A DNA stretch of 52,622 nucleotides. Source: a virus (lineage: Duplodnaviria > Caudoviricetes). Made by a program: the position numbers and the translations under genes. The notes under the pieces were generated by a model. That model saw only the letters and a list, made by a program, of their open reading frames with translations, was not told the DNA's origin and searched no databases. Positions 46,144 through 52,622 of the stretch are shown here, one piece after another. Where the stretch lies: positions 1 through 52,622 of the IMG/VR virus record IMGVR_UViG_3300031949_000053. One strand, 5' to 3'. The first letter of the stretch is position 1, and each line of letters opens with the position of its first letter.

Positions 46144-47819
46144 CCGAACTCACGCTGAAACAGGGCTCGCGCGAGTGGCAGGACATCCGCACCCGCGCAT
46201 TGAACGACCTGTTCTTCTTCACGGATACGATTCTCGGCTACGGCCCCCTCGTCCCGATGACGTTGCGCGCCCATTACCTCATGTGCCGCTTCGCCGAGCA
46301 GCAGACCGGGATTCCCGACCTCGACAACGCCTGGGTGCGGCTCATCAAGGTGCCCCGTGGCGTGGGCAAGAGCACCATCATCACGCAGGGCTTCATGCTC
46401 CAACGCGCGCTCAAGTATCCCGACATCGCGATGCTGGTGGTGAACGAGACCGAGCGGGGCGCGACGAAGTTCCTCGCCGCCATCAAGAACCAGATCATGG
46501 ACAACCAACTCCTGCGCGCCCTCTTCCCCGAACGCTGTCCGAGCGATCCGGAGAAGGAGTGCGCGAAGTGGTCGGAAAGTGAGATCATCCTGCCCGGCCG
46601 GACAGCGGGACGGAAGGAATCCACGATTCAGGCCATCGGCGTCGGCGGCTCTATCACGGGCCTGCACCCGGACCTCGCGGTGATTGACGACATGATCTCG
46701 GATGAAGCGGCGGAGAACGCGCGGGCCGGGCTGTTCTCTACGATGGAGAAGACGAACCGCTGGATCAGCCGCTTGCGGCCCATTGTGAACACGGGCCAGC
46801 CGCATTTCGGCCTGGTATGGGTCGGAACTCCTTGGTGGGAAGACGACTCGTACACCTACGTCGAGAAAGCCTTCGGCTACGGCGACCGGAAAACGCAGTA
46901 CATCCTGAAGCACGAAACCCCGAGCGGGAGGGTGCAAGTCCCGGCGTACCGGACGGGGGACATCGCGGTCTTTGCACGTCCGATTCTGGAGGACGGGACG
47001 AGCTGGTTCCCGGAACGCTGGCCGGACGAGAAACTGGCGAAGATGCGGGTGGATGACCCGCTCCTGTTCGCGGCGAACATGATGCTCGACCCGCGCGCCC
47101 CCGAGATCACGACGTTCAAGCCCGAGTGGCGACGCTATTACACCTGGGCCAACGGCACGACGTTGCAGTACCGGGACCATGCGCTGAAGGACTGCATCGC
47201 CACGGTAGATGACTTGAACGTCATTGTGAGCGTGGACCCCGCGTTCTCCGAGGTCGGCAGGCCGCAGGACGCCCGACAGGCCATCATCGCCACGGGCGGG
47301 ACGGAGGAAGGGTACCGGATGTTGCTGCGGGCCAAGGTCACGCGCCAGACCTTGGATGGGTTCATCGCGGACATCGTGGAGACGTGCAAGACGTTCAAAG
47401 CGAAGAAACTGCGGCTGGAGAAGGCGGGCCAGCAGGCCGCGTTCAACCAGCAGGTGCGCCGGGCGCTGAACGACGCGAACATCATGGTCAGCGTGCTAGA
47501 GGAAACGACCGGCTCCAAGAACAAGGACGTGCGCATCGAGGCGTTGAGTCCCTACTTCGAGCGTGGCATGGTGTACGGGGACCGCAACCAGCACGATTTC
47601 TGGCGTGAATACGACACGTTCCCCCGTGGGAAGCTCAAGGACTTGCTGGATGCGCTGAGCGCGCAGATCACCCATTGGCAGTCGGGACAGGTGGGGAGCG
47701 CGGTCGGGAACAAGCGGGTGCAACAGGAGCTGGATGCGCTGTATGCGCGCATGGGCGTCCCGGCTCCGGCAGGGAGCGCGAAGGACTGGCGCACCCGTGT
47801 AGACGGGAGTCGGCGCTAG
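46140..47819 (+). CDS. terL: Terminase large subunit
   Basis: Walker A PRGVGKST; ITGLHPDLAVIDD; VGTPW; nuclease SVDPA and DLLDAL. Confidence 0.93.
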   Translation: MTELTLKQGSREWQDIRTRALNDLFFFTDTILGYGPLVPMTLRAHYLMCRFAEQQTGIPDLDNAWVRLIKVPRGVGKSTIITQGFMLQRALKYPDIAMLVVNETERGATKFLAAIKNQIMDNQLLRALFPERCPSDPEKECAKWSESEIILPGRTAGRKESTIQAIGVGGSITGLHPDLAVIDDMISDEAAENARAGLFSTMEKTNRWISRLRPIVNTGQPHFGLVWVGTPWWEDDSYTYVEKAFGYGDRKTQYILKHETPSGRVQVPAYRTGDIAVFARPILEDGTSWFPERWPDEKLAKMRVDDPLLFAANMMLDPRAPEITTFKPEWRRYYTWANGTTLQYRDHALKDCIATVDDLNVIVSVDPAFSEVGRPQDARQAIIATGGTEEGYRMLLRAKVTRQTLDGFIADIVETCKTFKAKKLRLEKAGQQAAFNQQVRRALNDANIMVSVLEETTGSKNKDVRIEALSPYFERGMVYGDRNQHDFWREYDTFPRGKLKDLLDALSAQITHWQSGQVGSAVGNKRVQQELDALYARMGVPAPAGSAKDWRTRVDGSRR

Positions 47820-47845
47820 ACACCATCGCGACAGTGGCGTATGTT
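47817..47845 (+). promoter_or_regulatory. Promoter TAGACA-N17-TATGTT with operator-like spacer (leaderless)
   Basis: Spacer contains TCGCGACAGTG; ATG at 47852. Confidence 0.5.
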
Positions 47846-47851
47846 TCACCC

Positions 47852-48205
47852 ATGCGCCGACTTGTTGCATTCTACCGCAGTTGGGTGGAGGCGTTTCGCC
47901 TCGCCCGTCGGATTCAGCGGGGCGAACTCATTGCGGTTCGGCCTGGACTGCTCCAACCTGCCATCGTGCGGGTGCCCGCGCAGGAACCTTCTCCGGCTCC
48001 CCTTCCCGCCGTCGAGCCTGCCGGTGCCCCGCACGACCCCTCTCTGCGCTACGAGATTCGCCTGATCCGGAATGGGGTGCCGAAGACGCGCCTGCGCACC
48101 AACGATGTCAGCGAAGCCAAGGCGGCGTTCAATGCTCCGGCCCATGCCGGGGTCGCGGTCGAGTTCTACGACCACGCCCTGAAGCTTGTGCGCGGACGGC
48201 ACTAG
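47852..48205 (+). CDS. Hypothetical protein
   Basis: ORF between TerL and the structural genes. Confidence 0.55.
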   Translation: MRRLVAFYRSWVEAFRLARRIQRGELIAVRPGLLQPAIVRVPAQEPSPAPLPAVEPAGAPHDPSLRYEIRLIRNGVPKTRLRTNDVSEAKAAFNAPAHAGVAVEFYDHALKLVRGRH

Positions 48206-48733
48206 ATGGCGACGCATCAGATCAGCATCCTCGGCGCGAACACGGTGCCCGACACCAGCGGGAAGGTGTGGCAGGAACCCTACTCCATCCTCGCGACGAA
48301 CGATGTCTGGCCGTTCCTCATCTTCCGCATCAGCGAGGCCGGGGCCAACAACGCAGCTCTGACGACGCGCGTCGGTATCTATGGCCAGTTCGTGGTGCCA
48401 CAGAACTACGTCGGCACGGCGGCGATTGTGATCGTCTGGACGGCGACGGTCACGACGGGCAACAAGGTGTTCGACTTCGATTACCGCGCCATCGGCGGGG
48501 ACGATGCGGAATCGCTGGACCAGACGAGTAACAGCGAATCCGTGAGTGTGACCGATGCGGCTCCGAGCGCCGCACATGAGCGCAACATCCCCAGCGTGAA
48601 CCTCACGTCGGCGAACCTCGCAGCCGGGGACACGGTGGAGTTCTTCGCCTGCGAGGACGGCACGGACGCCGCCGACACCCATGCGGGCGATGCGATCCTG
48701 GTGGACGTGCTCTTTCAGTACGCGGACGCCTAA
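48206..48733 (+). CDS. Virion structural protein
   Basis: Acidic beta-rich 175 aa. Confidence 0.65.
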   Translation: MATHQISILGANTVPDTSGKVWQEPYSILATNDVWPFLIFRISEAGANNAALTTRVGIYGQFVVPQNYVGTAAIVIVWTATVTTGNKVFDFDYRAIGGDDAESLDQTSNSESVSVTDAAPSAAHERNIPSVNLTSANLAAGDTVEFFACEDGTDAADTHAGDAILVDVLFQYADA

Positions 48734-48735
48734 CG

Positions 48736-49515
48736 ATGGCGCTGACGTTCGGGGGCGCGACGACCGATCGGGTCAACTGCGGCAGCGGGGCCACGCTCGA
48801 TAGCCTGAACCCGCTGACGGTGCTGGCGTGGGTGTATCCCACGACGCTGACGGCGCTGCGGGAGGTTGCGTCCAAGCGGGGCGCAGCCGCGCAGGACTGG
48901 GTGTTTCGCGTGGCGGACGCGACGGACGAGCTGACGGGCTTCTACTCGATGTCCACGGGGTCGTTTCTCTACGACACGACCGACGCGAACATCACCACAA
49001 ACAAGTGGTGGCTCGTCGCCATGTCGGTCAATCCGGCCAACGGGGCCGGTGATCGCGTGAGGGTCTATGTGGGCGACCTCGCGACAGCGGCCCGACAGTG
49101 CGCGGTCTCGGCGGTCGTGGACACGGGCAGCGGCACCCACGACGATGCGGCCAACAACCTCCTGATCGGTAACTGGGACGGACTGGACAACGCCTGGCAG
49201 GGCCGCATTGCCTGTGCAGCCGTGTTCGGCGCGGAACTGACCCTGGCACAGGTGCGGTCGTGGCAATTCCACCCGCGCAAGATGAGTGGCTGCGTCGGGC
49301 TGTGGCACTTGGGATTCAACGGCACCGGCACGCAGCCCGACCTATCCGGGAACTTCAACGCGGGCACGGTGACGGGCGCGTCGGTGGGGGCGCACGTCCC
49401 CCTGCGTCCGCTGTTCGGCGCGGCACCGGGCTGGCGGGGGGCGTACACGGCTCCCGCGGCCAGCGCGTCGTTCGCCGCCTACTACCAGCAGTACTATCGG
49501 AGGCTCGTCGCGTGA
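48736..49515 (+). CDS. LamG/concanavalin-A-like domain virion protein
   Basis: LTVLAWVYP...WWLVAM...LLIGN...WQGRIACAAVFGAELTLAQV. Confidence 0.8.
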   Translation: MALTFGGATTDRVNCGSGATLDSLNPLTVLAWVYPTTLTALREVASKRGAAAQDWVFRVADATDELTGFYSMSTGSFLYDTTDANITTNKWWLVAMSVNPANGAGDRVRVYVGDLATAARQCAVSAVVDTGSGTHDDAANNLLIGNWDGLDNAWQGRIACAAVFGAELTLAQVRSWQFHPRKMSGCVGLWHLGFNGTGTQPDLSGNFNAGTVTGASVGAHVPLRPLFGAAPGWRGAYTAPAASASFAAYYQQYYRRLVA

Positions 49516-50612
49516 GTGTGCTCATTGAAAAAGACGAGGCCACCGCCGGACGGCGCCGAGTGCCGTTCCGTCTGTTCACGTCGAACGGGACCGCTCCCGA
49601 TACCGGGGCGTCGAACGATTCGGTTATCATGGGCGTTCTCTCGGCTACGACCATCGTCCCCGACGTGCTCGTGGTGGCATCCAACGCGAACCAGGGCATG
49701 TACTACATCACCCTCAATCAGTCGGATGTGTCGGTGCTCGGGGCGCATCCGATCTACCACACGCAGGGCGACTTCCCGCAGCATGTGGCGAACGTGGAAG
49801 TGGTGCAGTTCAATCCCTACTCGCGCTCCTCGGCCTTTACGTCGGCGGATTCGGTCGGGCTCAAGGCCGTGACCCATTCGGGTGCAACCGTGCGGGGCGT
49901 CGAGAACTATTCCAACTTCTCGGGCACGCTCTCGAACGTCACCGTGCAGGTATCGGGTGGCACCGTGGCTGGCGTGACGAACAAGGTGGACATCCGCGAC
50001 GGGACGTACTCGGCGGTGACGGTGCGGGGGCTGGAGAACTGGTCGAACCTTTCCGGGGCCTTCTCGGCGCTGTCCGTGCGGCTGGACGACAACGCGGCGG
50101 CGCCGGGCGTGTTCCAGGCGGGGGCGATTGACGCGGTCGGGTTCGACGTGATGAACCTCTCCGACGTGACGGTGCGCGTGCATCCGATGAACTACTCGGG
50201 CCTCACGGTCGAAGGGCTCAACAACTACTCGAACCTTTCAGGCAGCTTCTCGAACCTGTCGGTGCAGGTGAGCGGCGGGACCGTGACGGGCGTCACGAAC
50301 ATCGTCCAGTCCAACCTCACGACCATCTTCGGCAATCGGGAAGCGGTGATTCGCCTGCTGTCCCACCTGTCCAGCGTCGTGACGGGCGTGGCGGTGGCAG
50401 GACAGCTTTCGACCACGACCATGACGAGCGACGTGGCCGAAGCAACGGACGACCACTACAACGACCGTGTCATCGTGTTCCTCACGGGTGCGCTCGCGGG
50501 TCAGGCGACTTCGATCACGTCCTACTTCGGCCTGTCGGCGACATCGAGCCGGTTCGTGTTCCCGGCCCTGACCGAAGCCCCGACGGCCGACGACGAATTT
50601 GTGGTCGTATGA
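49512..50612 (+). CDS. Fibre-like virion protein with internal repeats and many N-x-S/T sequons
   Basis: Three repeats of V(R/E)G(V/L)(E/N)N(Y/W)SN(F/L)SG; C-terminal DDHYNDRVIVFLTGALAGQ. Confidence 0.7.
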   Translation: MSVLIEKDEATAGRRRVPFRLFTSNGTAPDTGASNDSVIMGVLSATTIVPDVLVVASNANQGMYYITLNQSDVSVLGAHPIYHTQGDFPQHVANVEVVQFNPYSRSSAFTSADSVGLKAVTHSGATVRGVENYSNFSGTLSNVTVQVSGGTVAGVTNKVDIRDGTYSAVTVRGLENWSNLSGAFSALSVRLDDNAAAPGVFQAGAIDAVGFDVMNLSDVTVRVHPMNYSGLTVEGLNNYSNLSGSFSNLSVQVSGGTVTGVTNIVQSNLTTIFGNREAVIRLLSHLSSVVTGVAVAGQLSTTTMTSDVAEATDDHYNDRVIVFLTGALAGQATSITSYFGLSATSSRFVFPALTEAPTADDEFVVV

Positions 50613-50773
50613 CCATCGCCGCGAACGCCATCACGCGCGTCGTGACCCACGGAGCCGGGGCGCGATTCGGCATCACCGCGTTCCGAGCGAAAGCACAAGC
50701 GCAGACCGGCGGCGGGCGCGGGGTGCGGTTCCCGCGTACCCGCAATCCGCGCCGTTACGGACCTCGGAGGTAG
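50609..50773 (+). CDS. Small basic hypothetical protein
   Basis: ATGA-coupled ORF MTIAANAITRVVTHG... Confidence 0.4.
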   Translation: MTIAANAITRVVTHGAGARFGITAFRAKAQAQTGGGRGVRFPRTRNPRRYGPRR

Positions 50774-50776
50774 CGC

Positions 50777-52612
50777 ATGCCGGAAGCCTGTCAGTTCGGC
50801 GGTGAGCAGGAGCAGGCGTTCGTGAGTTACATCACGACCGCCATGCAGACCGCACTGGCCGAACGGAGCACCCTAGAGACGAAGTGGCGCGACTGGCTGG
50901 AGGACTATCGGTCCCCCATGCCGACGGCCACCAAGCGCTTCCCCTACGAGGGTGCCAGCGACTACACCCTGCCTTTCGGCGCGATGACGGTGGACCCGCT
51001 GGTGGCGCGGTTCGTCACCACGCTCCACGCTCCGGCTAACATGTGGACGCTTCAGCCACTCAACGAGCGCTGGGTGCCCATCGCGAAGCCGATGCAGGAC
51101 TACCTCCAGTTCCTCGACCAGACGCGCCTCAAGCTGTTCGACGTGAACTACCGGGCCATCCTCGAACTGGTCAAACTCGGGACGACCATCTACAAGCACG
51201 GCTGGACCTACGAACGGCGCCGGGTGAACACCTACGATCCCGCGACGGGCCAGGTGCGCCCGGAGATGCGGGCCATCGGCGGGCCGTTCGTGGATCATGT
51301 CTCGCTGGTGGATTTCCTCATCCCGTCGGACAGCTACGAGATTCAGCCGGACGTGCAGGGCGGGGCGCCGTGGATCGCGGAGCAGTTCACGCTGACCAAG
51401 CCGCAGTTCCTCGCGCGCTCGGAAGGCCAGCAGCCGTTTCTGCCCGACTACTATCCCGAGGCCGTGACCAAGGTCAAGGCGTTCGAGGACTCGCATCAGA
51501 GCGCCGGGTCCATCGTGCGGGACAAGAAGTACGCGCTGGACAACTACACCCCGTCCGACCTGCGCAAGATTGAATTGTGGGAAGTGCATGCCCGGTTCGA
51601 TACGCAGGGCAACGGGAGCGTGGACGACGTAGTGGCGGTGATTCACCTGCCGAGCCGCACGCTCCTGCGAGCCATCTACAACCCCTACGCGCACAACGCC
51701 CGCCCGTACTCGGTCGCGCGCTACATGCGGGGCGACGGGTTCTACGGCATCGGCGTGTGCGAGCAGGCGGAGATGCCGCAGTCCGTGCTGTCCGAGCTGC
51801 TGAACGCGAACATTGACAACGTGCGCCTCGCCAACGCCCCGATGATTGCCGTGAAGCCGGGGGCGAACGTGGTGCCGGGCGAGCCCATCTACCTCCTCAA
51901 GATGTGGTCACTCGAAAACCCAGCGACCGACATCAAGGAGATCAAGTTCACGACCCCGTACCCCTCCATGCAGATGTTGGGGCCGCTGATTCAGGACATG
52001 GGCGAGCGGCGGACAGGGCTCTCGGACATCCAGCGCGGCAACGCGCAGGGGCTCCCCTCGCGCACCCCGGCGACCTCCATGCTCAGTCTGTTGCAGGAAG
52101 GCAATCGTCGGTTCGACCTGACGCTCAAGGACCTCCGGTACTGTCTGGACGAGGTCGGGAGACGGCTGCTCCAGAACCTCCAGCAGTTCATGTCCAACCC
52201 GGTGCAGAACCCGGATGCCGGGATGCAACTGGAAATGGCCATCATGGCGCTCGGGGAGCCGGAAGGGTCCTACGTCGCGCGCACGCTGGCGTTGCCGATT
52301 GATGACGTGGCGAGCGGACTCGGCGTCACGATCACGGCGACTTCGGGCAGCACGAACAAGGAACTGGAAAAGCAGTCCTTCATGGGCCTACTCCAGCTCC
52401 AGTCCCAGATGTTTGTGCCGCTCTATCTCCAGTTGGCCCAGATTCTCGGCAATCCGCAGATTCAGTTGATTGCTCCGGCCGTGGTACAGACGGCGTCCGA
52501 CCTGTTCAAGGGGACACGCGAACTTCAACAGAGGCTCTATGAGCAATTCGACATCCGGAACCCGGAAGACGTTCTGGTCAACGCTGCGGTCATCCTTGAG
52601 ACGGCTGCGCGC
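50777..52612 (+). CDS. Portal protein (continues to position 249)
   Basis: GGAGG RBS; FYGIGVCE...NIDNVRLANAP...ERRTGLSDIQRG podovirus portal motifs. Confidence 0.88.
52487..52612. repeat. Terminal direct repeat, right copy
   Basis: Identical to 1-126; the final 10 nt (tgatatccat) diverge. Confidence 0.97.
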
Positions 52613-52622
52613 TGATATCCAT

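Noticed and set aside
52613-52622. TGA stop ending the portal at 52615
   Set aside because: It lies in the 10 nt that diverge from the terminal repeat; the circular path continues the frame to 249, so it is probably an assembly-end artefact

Overview
The window is an apparently complete, circularly permuted, high-GC tailed phage genome of about 52,486 bp. Positions 1-126 recur at 52487-52612, and the portal gene runs across that junction. The + strand arm (44796-52612, then 1-22806) has podovirus-like gene order: terminase small and large subunits with a nucleotidyltransferase between them, portal, scaffold, major capsid, two paralogous head-tail adaptors, beta-helix tailspike, tail nozzle, lysis genes and ejection proteins. 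Interleaved in it is a large glycan-synthesis set: GT2 enzymes (one fused to a trigger-factor-like FKBP domain), an NAD epimerase, a cytidylyltransferase and two methyltransferases, with a WecB gene on the - strand. The - strand arm (22790-44550) carries many small early genes, GroES, RusA, a SET-domain protein, two DNA methylases, DUF5131, tRNA-Met, a metallophosphoesterase, a sigma70-region-4 HTH protein, and a Panacea/SocA-like gene paired with a proteasome-beta-like protease. I recognised no integrase, DNA polymerase, helicase, primase, reverse transcriptase or CRISPR array. The strongest novelty candidates are: (1) a promoter-driven, circularly permuted tRNA-Tyr-like RNA at about 13720-13870, possibly linked to a phage RNA ligation/repair kit; (2) the Panacea plus proteasome-type protease cassette; (3) a probable virion-glycosylation system with a GT2-GT2-FKBP fusion and a sequon-dense fibre; (4) a long structured RNA hiding the tail-nozzle RBS; and (5) two promoter/operator classes. 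All protein calls come from motif recognition by eye, not from database searches.
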